From Williopsis jadinii (taxonomy: Eukaryota), in the NCBI GenBank assembly GCA_024346625.1, contig AP024666.1, positions 310,001 to 374,000 on the forward strand: a DNA stretch of 64,000 nt, given 5' to 3'. This document shows, one piece after another, positions 11,194-22,469 of the stretch. The translations under genes were made by a program, and so were the position numbers. The notes below the pieces were generated by a model. It was not told where the DNA came from. It was given only the letters and a program-made list of their open reading frames with translations, and made no database searches. Positions within the stretch are counted from its first letter, which is position 1; the number at the start of each line of letters is the position of its first letter.

Positions 11194-11943
11194 CTCTCCT
11201 TCCTTTTTTTCACCATCATTGCCACTTGTCTTGTTTTCTTCGCCGTTGACATCTTCGGTCTTCCCCTCGTCTTTGGTATCCTCAGGTTTAGAGCTTGAAT
11301 CTTCCAACGGCTTAACTGCAGGTGAGTCTGCCGGTGTTGATACACTCAGCGTATCCGGTATTGGTAACCCCTGTTTCTTCAATTCCCTAATCTTCTGTTG
11401 TTGTTCACGGGCCTTTTTATTGGCTAGTCGCTTCAGCTTCTTAGCTTCCTTTTCTTCTTCCCTCTTTCTCTCAATCTCGTCATCTTTCAAGATGAAAAAC
11501 CTGACGTCGAAAGTATGTGGGCCCATCTCCATCTTGCAGTCACAGAACTTGTTCATACGGTCTCTTGCATTGACATCGTTGTCGAACTTGGTCTTTCCCT
11601 TGGCCCAGTACAGTTCAAATATGTTACTGTCGGTATAGCCCTTACGGGACCTCATCAATGAAGAGTACAGCACAGCACTATCTGACACTGATAGCGCATG
11701 GCTCAGAATATCATATTCAGGTGGATCAACAGACACCGGTAGCCCATACTGTACCTTGAAGGGCCTTGGAGGCTTTTCAGGGAGTACTTCGTTTTCATTC
11801 TCAGACTCATCATCCTCTTCAGCTTTCCTCTTTCGACCACCACCGCCACCAGCACCTTTTGCACCACCTCTGGCAGTGCTCTTTGTGGGCTTTGTCGTTT
11901 TGGAACCTTTAGAGGTGGCCTTCCCCTTAGCCTTTGGACCCAT
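9830..11943 (-). CDS. SWC3: SWR1 complex subunit Swc3 (2 exons; intron 9896-9951)
   Basis: DSAVLYSSLMRSR, NARDRMNKFCDCKMEMGPHTFDVRFFILKD, LMKIVASGNAT. 3' intron GTGAGT...TACTAAC...TAG gives the C-terminus TEDNPLLAIPKRQKKVKSEPS*. Adjacent to MDM10 as in S. cerevisiae. Confidence 0.88.
11142..11195. repeat. Coding hexamer repeats (TCATTT)n/(TCATCG)n encoding the acidic D/EN tract of Swc3
   Basis: Directly visible tandem repeats. Confidence 0.85.
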
Positions 11944-12256
11944 CACCAGACAACTTTACCGCTAATTATCTCCTGGTTGATCAGTGTTGTTGTTGTTGTA
12001 GGGCGCAAGTCAAAGCTCAAAACAATCGGAATTTCCTCTTCAACTCTTGATGTACGGTTTCCCCAGTAACCCGAAAAGCATAACTGTATTTCTTCCGAGG
12101 TTACATGGTCTGCCCTCGGATTTCAGACCTCTTGTCCACAAACACGAAAACCAATTTACACGCGTCCGGGACATTGTTTTCGCTTCTCTTGTTGTTTTCA
12201 TTTCGTTCCAACAGACTAGAGAATATCAACTTCAGTCCGCAACTGAGTGGTAAACA

Positions 12257-15200
12257 ATGTCCAGCGTTGTACATCCAGCGCCATCTCACGAGATTGCTGG
12301 CATGGAAGAGCGTGAATCAAAGCGTAGAAGGACCACAACTGATCATGGTGAGTATTAACCAACATCTCCCTCTATATATGTCCCGACTTGGACTAACACG
12401 TGAACAACAGTTGACAAGTCAAAGTTCCAGCCGGGAGCTATTCTGAAGGTTAAGGTGAAGAACTTTGTTGTGTATTCTCTGACCGAGTTTCAGATGTCTC
12501 CCTCGTTGAATATGATCATTGCGCCGAACGGTACTGGTAAAAGTACACTTGTGTGTGCCGTTTGTCTTGGTTTAGCTGGTTCTCCGGCGTTGCTGGGTCG
12601 CCAAAAGACTCTAGCTGGATTCATAAAGAATGGCGAGGAGTCCGCAACCATCGAGATCACACTGAAGAACAAGGGCGATCAAAAAGATGTTCTGATCACC
12701 AGAGACATTTATCAAAACAACAAATCTGATTGGTATCTTAACAATAAGCCAACTTCCGAGACAAAGGTTAAAGCTGCACTCGAACAGCTGAACGTGCAGT
12801 TGGATAACCTATGTCAATTCCTGCCACAGGAGAAAGTTGCATCGTTCGCTGCCTTGGATCAAAAGGAACTGCTGTTGGAAACTCAAAGAGCAGTGGACAA
12901 CAAACTGTTCCAACAGCACAAAGAATTGATTGTCTTTGACGATCGCAAGCGTGAAATCGATGCAAAGCTAACAGAAGCACTTGCTGAGAAGGCCAGACTT
13001 GAGATAGAGCAAGCACGTTTCGAAGAAGACGCGAAGAAGTATGACGCGCACCAAAAGAAGCAAGTGGAGATAAGGCTCCATACTGATCTCTTGTCCTTTG
13101 CTAGGTTGGAGGATCTCAAGGTTCAAACTGCTGAGCTTAAAGCCAAACGTGATGAGATTAAAGCTAGGCTGGACTCGTATGAAGATGACATTGCGCCCTT
13201 TGAAGACGCCAAGGCAGATGTGGAAAGAGAACTGGAGAAGGCCGCAAACGAGTCATATGATAAGCGTAACATTACGAAGAAGTATGAAACCAAATTGAAG
13301 GAGTCCGAAAATGCCATAGAGAAAGTCGACGACAAGATTGAAAAGTTAAAGAATACCAACCGTAAACTCGAAGAAAGAGCCACTGAGAAGAAAGCTGAGT
13401 TAGAGAAGAGTACTCAAATTTTAGAATCGGCCAAGGAAGAACTTGCTGGGTTGGAAATTGTGACTGACAAAGAGCTGAAGGATGCTTCAAATGAAACAGC
13501 GAGAATACATGATACCATGATTGAATTTGACAATAGGATAGACGATCTGAGGGAGCAGGTTGCCGATAAGAAAAGAACAATCAGGAATTGTCAACAAGCA
13601 GCGGAGAGGCATAAAGCAGAACTAAACTCAAACGATAAAATTCAAATCTTTGACATGGACTCCATGAGAAGAAATCGTGGTGCAGTTGCGGTGAAAAAGG
13701 CAGTGAAACTGTTACGTTCAGAACTAAAAGGTCTCAGGAATGAGATCTTTGAACCACCATGTCTTACAGTAACAGCAAAGTCTTCATATTATGCAGACTA
13801 TCTTGAAGAGTTGGTTCCTTTCCAAACTTCAATTTCTCTCACAGCCATATCGAAGGAAGCCTTTGACAAACACTCCCCAGAGTTCATGGAGAAGAGAAAT
13901 ATACATGTTCCATTCAGATATTTGAGTTCAAAAGTGTCTCCAACTAAGTTTTCTCAAGAAGAACTGAAACAATTCGGTTTCGATGGCTACCTCAGCGATT
14001 TTCTGGATGGTCCAAAGCCAGTAATTCGTATGCTGTGTGATATTGCCTACGTCAATGATGTTCCTGTTGCAGTCAATCCACTAAGTGACAGAGAACTCGA
14101 TGCTCTGTGCAACCCACGCAATGGACAGATTATGTTCAAGAAGTTCTTTTCTGGTGATACGTTGTACACGTTGGCCAAGTCGCAGTACGGTTCTAGACAG
14201 GTCACTACTAGAACCACCCACGTTTCAAAAGCCCAAATATATGGCGATGGTGGAATATCTGAAGAGACAAGGCGTCGTATTCATGAACAGATTAAGAAAG
14301 CAAATGACACTGCTCAAAATTTCGAACGTGAACTAGTTCTATTGAAAGAGAATATTGAGTCTGTTACTCAGGAAAAGGAAGAGATAATGGGTAACTTCAA
14401 TCATTACAGGGCAATTGAGGGATCTCTGAAGGAGAAGAAGAAAAAAAGAGAAAAGGCAGAAGTCAGAATTTCATTGATAGAGAAGAAAGTTGATATACTG
14501 AAGACAGAGTCAAACAAAGATTACAAACAAGAGATCCGGAAAAATCGACAGAGGATCAAAGTTCTAGAAATAGCTAGAATTGATTCATTGTGTGATATTG
14601 CCGATACCCAATGTCTTCTAGCTAAAGCAGCTCGTGAAGTTGCTATTGCCGATATCCGCAAAATCGAGGCCAATAGCAAACGACTTGCCCTTGAGACACT
14701 TTTCAAATCTATTTTGGAAGGGAAGGAGAAACTGAAAGCAGAGCTGGCACATGCCAAAAGGGAGCTACAAAGGCTCAAGGATAATCCGGAGAGACAGGAG
14801 TTAAAAGCACGTATTGTCAATTTGGATGTTGAGACAAAAGAGAGTCTCATTGATCTCATCCAGAAGTATAGGGAGGAAAATACATTTACTGAAGAAGGTG
14901 TCAGGCTCACTTTGGAACGTTTGCAAAGTGAACTGACATTGCTTGGTTCAAGTTCTAGATCTTCCATCAAGGCTCTCGAAAGAGTTGTAAATCAACTCAG
15001 GGAACTTGATGCTAAAATTCCAGAGTATCAGGGAACTAGGGAACTCGAGAATAAAAAGATTAAAGAGATTCTGAGTGTATGGGAACCCCAACTGAATGAC
15101 ATGGTTCAGAGAATCAGCGCCAAGTTCTCCACCATTTTCCCAACTGTTGGAAGTGCTGGTGAAATTCGTGTTACTAGAGCTGAAAGGTTTAGTGACTGGA

Positions 15201-15583
15201 AACTGGAAATTATGGTGAAGTTCCGTGATGAGGCCGACTTGAAGCCGCTGGATGCCCACACCCAGTCTGGTGGAGAACGTGCCGTTTCTACCGTGTACTT
15301 CATGATCAGCATGCAAGAGTTGACTTCTTCGCCGTTCAGGGTAGTGGACGAGATCAACCAAGGTATGGATACGAGAAATGAGAGGGTCGTTCACAAACAT
15401 ATGGTTGAAGTGGCCTGCAAAGAGCAAACTTCACAATACTTTTTGATTACACCAAAGTTGTTGACGAGTTTACATTATGCGAAGAATATGAGGGTTCACT
15501 GTATCATGTCAGGTCCCTGGACTCCGAATCCATTTACCCACCCAAAACTCCTCACACTTGGTGCCACTTCGTTGTACGACTAG
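12257..15583 (+). CDS. SMC5: Structural maintenance of chromosomes protein 5 (2 exons; intron 12348-12410)
   Basis: Walker A PNGTGKS, LDNLCQFLPQEKV, coiled coils, QSGGERAVST signature, and PFRVVDEINQGMD Walker B. Exon 1 starts at ATG 12257; GTGAGT...GACTAAC...CAG joins in frame to VDKSKFQPGAILKVKVKNF. Confidence 0.96.
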
Positions 15584-15901
15584 TGGCTATATAGATGAGA
15601 TAGAGTGTGTTTTATCTGGATAATTCAATTGGAGTGCCCTTTCCCATAAGCAAAGATTATCAGATAGTGAACGTTGCCGATGCGTGCAGATTGATACTGA
15701 TGAGCCTTGAATGGATTGGTATAGAAGACTCCCTTGAAGTTTCATTCAACCCTTGAAAGTCTGTCTTATATTTACTGAAAGGTCGTATTCGAAGACCCCG
15801 ACGTCAATACTATCTTCTCAGTCAATTGAAATTTCCGCCCCAGAGTTGATGCCTGGTTGCTGTCAGTAGGAAGTGGACTGGCGCAAGGTTCGTTCTCTAA
15901 C

Positions 15902-15939
15902 TGTGTGTGTGTGTGTATGTGTGTGTGCGTGTATGTGTA
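15902..15939. repeat. Imperfect (TG)n microsatellite
   Basis: tgtgtgtgtgtgtgtatgtgtgtgtgcgtgtatgtgta. Confidence 0.9.
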
Positions 15940-16105
15940 TCAGTGAGTGCACTAATTACAGTCAGTCATATTCGAAATATACTGTTTTGGTATAGGGACT
16001 CTCTCCAGAAACGTGTAATTGAGAAGTTACCTCCACTTGACTTCTCTCTTTTCAACTTGTCTTCGAAATGGATTCAAAATCAAAGCAATGGTTTACAGTG
16101 AAGCG

Positions 16106-16114
16106 GTCACGTGA
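16106..16114. promoter_or_regulatory. Cbf1/CDEI-type E-box GTCACGTGA
   Basis: Exact RTCACRTG match about 350 nt upstream of the 16465 gene. Confidence 0.5.
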
Positions 16115-16464
16115 ATTGCACTTGAGAAAAGCGGTATTAATATCTGGACAGTTTATGCGTATTGATCTGCGAAATAATACAGTATCGGCAGGCAGAATTC
16201 AAATTTGAATGATTATATACAGAGGAGTTGGGTAGATATATGAATTGTTCCCTTGTACATGTGATCATGATGTTTTCTTTTCTTTCATAAGTTTTGTCAT
16301 TGAGACCGTAAAAGACACCAGCTGAAATTCCCACCTGCAAAGGCGCATAAGCTGACATAGCCCGTAATATTTGGTGGAACAGTGACGGCAACTTTCTCAA
16401 CTGTCGGAAACAGTCTTCATACTTTGTAAAGATTCGATACAGTTTGTGCGTTATATCGTGTAAG

Positions 16465-16761
16465 ATGAAGCGAACGACGTTTGTTCGACAGTTGAGAGCC
16501 AGAAGATGTTTTCACGCCACGAGTAAGGTACTGTTCAATCCTCTTTTGGGACCCATGGATACAGTTCTCGAGGAGGTGAGCGAGGACCTGCACAGTTCAA
16601 GTTCAAAGAGACTCAAGAAGAAGAAGGATCCCAAGATCCTTATTCCACTAGGTGCTGATTCATTCAAGAGAAGTGATAACGACCCGATTACACTTGGCGA
16701 TAAGAACAGTGATGATTCTGGAATTGACCATGGTAACAGCAACAATAACAGCAACAATAAT

Positions 16762-16797
<36 letters not shown>

Positions 16798-18366
16798 CAC
16801 GATGAAGGAGATTACGAATACGAGGAAAAGTCAGCATGGGAGAGATTCAGTGAATTTCTAGTCAAGTGTGCAGAGACTTCAGGCATCACATTTGCGTCGT
16901 TGTTTGTACTTGGTGCTGCTGGTGTTGGCTACCATAATTTCTACAAAGAACGTGTTATCGACAAGATGAGCCAGGCGTTTGATAAAGGTGATGAGGCATT
17001 TGAACTCACCATGCATAAGCGTACCACAAACCAAGAGGGCGACTGGATTGAAAGGCCCCAACAAAGACTGCTGACGTCAATACTCGAAGGAAGTGTTGTT
17101 GGGCGGTACTTCCTCGTAACAGGTGAAAAGGGCTGTGGTAAGAGCTCCATGATTCTAAATTCGATGAAAAATGTCGATAGCTTCAACTGTGCTTTTTTGG
17201 ATGCACACTCTGATCCTGAGATCTTCAGAATCAGACTCGGTAAGGCGTTGAGATTCGAGTTCCATGAGGATTATATCGGCTCCTTGTTCAGCATCAGAGG
17301 TCCAAGAGATACAACTGCTTTACTTGACATTGAGCGTGCCTTTAATAAACTTGAAGAGGTTGCCGTACGTCGAGTGAAGAAATACGGCAAGCCGTTGGTG
17401 TTGATCATCAATAATGCCCACTTGATCAAAGATGACGAAGAAGGAGTCAAACTTGTCGAATTGTTACAACAAAAAGCCGAAGCATTGAGTGGTGCAGGGT
17501 TGGTCACTATGATCTTCAACTCGGATGATTATTGGCTCTATGAAAGGCTGAAAAAACTTGGGACAAGGTTGGAGGTCATCAATGTCCGTGATTTTAACAG
17601 GAGCCAAGCAATACATGCTTTACGAGTAGCTAGAAGGAGATTCTTTAACGAGCAGGTTGATGATAAAATTGCCAATCAAGTATACAACCTCATTGGTGGT
17701 CGCCCTCAGCACCTTGCAGAAGTTTCCAAACAGGCTAATATGATTTTGGCTTCACATAAGCTCATTGACCGTGAAAAAACTTGGTTTCTTAACCAATGTG
17801 GTTTGTTAGGCTCGAGTATGGATGACGATGTCAATGAGAGCGGTAAATTCTCAACGAGTGCAATGCTGTTAATGAAGATATTTGTTAAAATGTACGAGAA
17901 GGATGAATTTACCATGAGTGGTCAAGACAAGGAACATCACCTACCTGAATTGCCTCTATGGAGAGCACGTCAGATCATGACGAGAAACGACTACATCCAG
18001 CACTATGATAATCTAAACATCTTTACGATTGATTCGTCCAACTCCTTTGTCAGAGCGGACTCTGTTCCGATGATGAGAGGTTTTGTTGAAATTGCATCAC
18101 AACCTGGGTTTGAAGAATTATTACAGGACAGTTTAGATAGGGTTGCGGAAATTGAATCCTTGGGACGTACGAGAGAGATCGTGGCTAAGGATTTGTTCCT
18201 AGGTGGTCAGTATAGAATTGGAACCTCTTCTAACGAGGCTGAATTCGTTGTTAAGCTAAAGGCTGCTAAGGGCGATGATGAAGAAGATACCCCGATAAAG
18301 ATGCAACCCACAACGAGCTCAGGGGCTCGTAAGTTTTGGGATAAACGTTTAAATGAGGATAAATGA
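16465..18366 (+). CDS. Conserved fungal P-loop (AAA-like) protein, probably mitochondrial and membrane-anchored
   Basis: Arg-rich presequence-like N-terminus, poly-Asn tract, one hydrophobic helix, Walker A GEKGCGKS, degenerate Walker B LVLIINN, and a GGRP motif. Confidence 0.8.
16741..16797 (+). repeat. (AAC)n coding microsatellite, poly-Asn
   Basis: About 11 perfect AAC units within an Asn-rich tract. Confidence 0.9.
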
Positions 18367-18484
18367 CATTTGGTATCATCTATTTATTCATATATACAAT
18401 TTGTACTGCTAATAGACCCGTAGAGGTTAGAACCCCAGACATTTCAAACGCTCATAACCTTTCCCCTTTGGTAAAAAAATTTTC

Positions 18485-18508
18485 TGAAAAATTTCTAGAG
18501 CTCATCGC
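18485..18508. promoter_or_regulatory. RRPE + PAC ribosome-biogenesis promoter elements
   Basis: TGAAAAATTT (18485-18494) and GCTCATCGC (reverse complement of GCGATGAGC, 18500-18508), about 80-100 nt upstream of ATG 18588. Confidence 0.75.
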
Positions 18509-18587
18509 ATTAGTTTCATAGAGGTTTCTTTTATCCATTTAGCACCACCTTGAGGGTTGCAGATATTGAAGCAATAGCAAGTTCAAT

Positions 18588-19640
18588 ATGCCTGAGAAGG
18601 TGCGTACTGCTTATGAGATGTTGTAAAGAGAGCATTACTAACCCGAGATTTCATCTGAAAAGGTCAACTATACGCTGTGCGTCCCATCCAGTATCATCAG
18701 TAAGGCCAATGCAAAGAATCTACAACAAGCCACGTCTATTCTCTATCAACTAGCCAAAGTTGCCAGCATCCATAACGTCGGTGAGATTGTTGTCATAGAT
18801 AGTGATAAATGCGTTGGTGATGAAGTTTCCGGTCCAATTGACACCAAGAAGAAGATCAAGTTTGACGATGAAGACAGTTCCACGGCTAACTCCAAGAGCG
18901 ATATCAGTGAAGATGCGATGGTAATAGCTACAATCCTCCAATATTTTGTTACCCCACCATACCTCGTGAAAACCATCTTCAAGCAAAAGTTCTGGAAGAA
19001 CTTCCAGTACGCAAAGGACTTGCCCAAATTGACGAGACTACCATTCATGGCACCGGACTCACAGTCTAAATACAGAGAGGGCTTGACGGTTCCGATGGGG
19101 AAGGTATCCAAGCCTCAGAATGCTAAGACCAAGGCAAAATCCAAGCCCTTGACCAACACCAAATATGTGAACGTTGGGTATCAAGAGTACTTAGAGCTCT
19201 CGGGCCAGCAAGTGCCAGTAAACGTTCGTGTAACGGTGGATACATCTACAAAGAAGATTGTATCACCAAGAGAGGCATACGAAGACCAGGTTGGAGTCAA
19301 TTCCTCCTACGGATACCATGTGCGTCTCGCATCGACATTTGCCAAGGTGTTCACAGAGTCCGCATACCCAGAAGGCTATACAAAGACCCTCTTTGTCTCT
19401 GGAGGTGAATACCACCACCATGACAAGCATCCAAAGCTCCCAGCATCAAAGGCTGTTGATGGAGACTGTCTCTTGCTCATCGTCAGCAAGTGGTCAGAGC
19501 TTGAGAGGCTTTTCAAGCAGGACAGACTAGAAGGCGTCGATGACGTCAAACAGTTCTTTGATGGTGAAGTTCCGGTACCCTGGGGCCTACGTGTTGAGGA
19601 CAGTGCGATGTACGCACTGACGAAGCTGAGCCCAGCTTGA
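18588..19640 (+). CDS. SPOUT-family RNA methyltransferase, YMR310C/YGR283C (SPOUT1/C9orf114)-like; intron 18600-18662
   Basis: Exon 1 MPEK; GTGCGT donor, TACTAAC, AAG acceptor. Then VNYTLCVPSSIISK...LYQLAKVASIHNVGEIVV...LQYFVTPPYL...YREG...YGYHVR...LRVEDS. Confidence 0.88.
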
Positions 19641-20354
19641 AATGCTGTGCCCACGCACACAACATCACACACGCACGCTCCGCCTAAAAATAAAAGAGAA
19701 TGAAAATTTACATACACTTTGAAAAACCAAAAACACATAGTATTGAACTTATGTTCACGGTGTAGGCGAAGGCCATGAAGGACTCAACCATTGGTGTGAT
19801 ATTGCTTAGTTTAACGTGGGGTGTCTGCATTTCAGCGTCACTTTTTTTGAGCGGCATCCTGACCGTCGAGTGTGACATTCCAATCCACAACTACTATCCG
19901 CTGGCTGTGCTGTCGCTGCCTGTTCTGGCGTGGATATGGTGCCCGTTCAGTTGGGTGGGTATTAAACTGTTTGAGCAGTCCAAGGGTCTTGGTATTGCGC
20001 ACGAGGAGATTGGTCATCCATAAGCCAGAGCAAGGCGATGTAGACGATCACTCACCACACCCGTGCGGATTCTTTCCAAATGCGTGGCATCTTCTGTCGT
20101 TTTCTATTTTGGGCAGAGGCTTTGGCAAGGTTGCTCTTCCCGCATTGGGCCTGATGATCAAATTGCTGTCTACGGGCCTAAAGCTGTGTGGGCTTGAAAC
20201 GCGTCAGCTAGCAACCAAGCACAGCGCAACCATGCACAGCGCAACCGAATGAGATTGACAGGAGTGTATATAAAAGGGTGTATCCCTTGATATGCCAGGT
20301 ACATGGTGCTTTCAAAGCTGTGCTTGATATCCGCACAAGAGTTCTAATATCACA

Positions 20355-20594
20355 ATGGCCATTACATGTACCGACATCTTTAAAGTTATTGCAGGTGAGT
20401 GCCTATTACCGGGGGATGATATAGTGGATTCATACTGACGGGCCCTATCTTAACCAACAGCTATCATTTTACCACCACTAGGTGTGTTCCTCGAGGTTGG
20501 GTGTGGGAGTGCGCTGCTGCTTAACGTTCTTCTCACCATACTGGGTTACATTCCTGGTATCATCCATGCTTTGTACATCATCATAAGGCACTGA
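20355..20594 (+). CDS. PMP3: Pmp3/UPF0057 plasma-membrane proteolipid, 57 aa (intron 20395-20460); absent from the ORF track
   Basis: Spliced product MAITCTDIFKVIAAIILPPLGVFLEVGCGSALLLNVLLTILGYIPGIIHALYIIIRH. Intron GTGAGT...TACTGAC...CAG; TATATAAAAG at 20267. The exact paralog within the family is uncertain. Confidence 0.92.
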
Positions 20595-20701
20595 AACCAG
20601 AGCATAGGAATGTGTATGCGAACTACAACGAGCTCAGAAAATAACAGGGGTGGTGCACACAGTTGCTATTAAATTAGGTGTTTAAGATAGTGTTTCTGTC
20701 T

Positions 20702-21802
20702 TCAATTGTTTACAGCTTCCCTTCTCTTTTCCACAATAGACAGTATACGGGCAGTGTTGCTTGCAGGCCCATATTTTCTGAAGTCCTTGATGTCCTTGTT
20801 TATGTCCTTTGACGCTGATGAGAGGTACTCCTCAAAATATTCGCCCAATTCACTGAAGTATTCGTATGATAGGTAGAATTTCTCCGGATGCTCTTCCAAT
20901 TTGGCCAAAGATTTTTCTTCAGTCGACTTGGTTTGGAATCCTTCACCCTCACCAAGGACAACACCTGGACTTTTCAATTTCTCAAAGAGACCCAGCTTGG
21001 AAGCCTTGACAATACCGCCAGCTCTATCAATCTCCAATTGGCGATAGTAGTCTTTAAATTCGTCCACTGTAGCCCTTCTTGAACCGGTCCAACCAATTGA
21101 GATCAGCTCTTGTCTTTTCTCCTCATCCAATTTTTCGTTACTGGTAATCTTGTGGTTTGTAATAGGATTCATAGAATAAGGGTTAAACAACCCAAAGTAC
21201 AAAGCTCCAAAGGCAAACAGACACTTGAGAACATGTGCTGCAAAGAAGATGGACTGGGCAGTCTTGGAGTATGCATTAACTGTGGTTTCTTTCAACACTT
21301 CCACTGCAACGTGGTCCAAATCGAAATATGTCAACACCTTTGCAATCAGGTAGGTGATTTGATTTGTCAATCCAATACCTGGCGTTGGAGAGATGAAGTC
21401 AGGCAGATCTGTGTACAACCACGTCAACAACAACAATATAATGGAGTAGAAATTGAAGTCGTTAAACCTCCAAATAGGCAAGATGAGCTGTCCTGGCCAG
21501 ACGTTATCACTGACTTTATCATCCAGCTTCATAGTCTTGAGATGTTTATGAGCATCGTCGTTGAAGAGTAAGCCACCGTAGGGGGTCAAATAACCAGGAT
21601 CGGTGGAAATGGCAAACCCCTGAGGTATCTGCTCGTAGAACACGTTTGGTCTTAAGGAGAGTTTCAACGTTGTAAAGATCTTGGTCAAATCACCAAACGT
21701 ATCGTTAATACCAACTGAAAATCCATAGTCCTTTTCATTATCATCGTTCATACGGATGTAAACTTCCAAGCGGGCATCGGATTCATCGTTCTCTTCAGAC
21801 AT
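20702..21802 (-). CDS. GSF2: ER membrane protein glucose-signalling factor 2
   Basis: LEVYIRMNDDNEKDY, GYLTPYGGLLF, WPGQLILP, WLYTDLPDFISPTPGI. Next to RSE1/AIM32 as in S. cerevisiae. Confidence 0.9.
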   Translation of the reverse strand: MSEENDESDARLEVYIRMNDDNEKDYGFSVGINDTFGDLTKIFTTLKLSLRPNVFYEQIPQGFAISTDPGYLTPYGGLLFNDDAHKHLKTMKLDDKVSDNVWPGQLILPIWRFNDFNFYSIILLLLTWLYTDLPDFISPTPGIGLTNQITYLIAKVLTYFDLDHVAVEVLKETTVNAYSKTAQSIFFAAHVLKCLFAFGALYFGLFNPYSMNPITNHKITSNEKLDEEKRQELISIGWTGSRRATVDEFKDYYRQLEIDRAGGIVKASKLGLFEKLKSPGVVLGEGEGFQTKSTEEKSLAKLEEHPEKFYLSYEYFSELGEYFEEYLSSASKDINKDIKDFRKYGPASNTARILSIVEKRREAVNN

Positions 21803-22292
21803 ATTGGCCGACTAAGTGTACTTCCTCTATTCCAAGTTGTTCAACAGATGGATGGCCAGAGACGGTGTTTATAAGGGGCGGCGGGGTGTGTGGTGGAGGT
21901 TGAAAAGAACCGGAAAAATTTCCGCCTAAATTGATATGGCTTTTGATGTAAGGAAAAACTGGAGCACCACAAGCAATGGCGAAAAAATAGTAGCAGATAT
22001 GGCCCAAAGAGGGGGGAACAAGAAGAGGATCTGTTGAGCAACTGGAGAAACTAAGCAGAGTTCTTGAGAGGGTTGAAAACAAATTACAGTGAGTGTGATT
22101 TCGAATTGGACATTTACACGCTGACCCCACGCGCACACAGCTGATGCACCAGTTTGAGCTGTTGAAAGTCGAAGCGGGTCGGAGAAATCCCCGGCAACTC
22201 CCCAACAGCGAAGCGTCGTCTCCTGGTTATTTTTTTCTGGTCGGATAAATAATATGGGTTTGCGCACGCACAGAGACGAAGACTTGGACATT

Positions 22293-22345
22293 TGGGACTA
22301 GCTGGGACTTGGACTCGAACTCAGACTCAGACTCAGACTCAGACC
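22293..22345. repeat. (ACTCAG)4 minisatellite with degenerate GGACT units in the GSF2/RSE1 divergent promoter
   Basis: Directly visible tandem hexamers. Confidence 0.8.
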
Positions 22346-22469
22346 CTAAGTCTCCAAGAATTTTACCGAAGAGGTGAAGGCAAAAAAAAACAACAGCACA
22401 ATAAACAGAAGACACAAAGAGGAGCTCTGTACAACAAAACACAACAGAGAGGCTACGAAAACCGAGCCA

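Noticed and set aside
15686..15765. Hammerhead-like CTGATGA...GAAA core flanked by stems GCAGATT/AGTCTGT and TTGAATGGA/TTCATTCAA
   Set aside because: The cleavage-site base would be G (needs non-G), there is no room for stem I, and no G-C pair closes stem II. No clear H/ACA boxes either. A plain hairpin at most.
16106..16250. CDEI-like GTCACGTGA as a point centromere
   Set aside because: Not followed by a highly AT-rich CDEII or a recognisable CDEIII. Treated as a promoter Cbf1 site.
19708..20252. Overlapping short ORFs upstream of PMP3-like
   Set aside because: Mutually overlapping with no family features; the region is more simply the PMP3 promoter.
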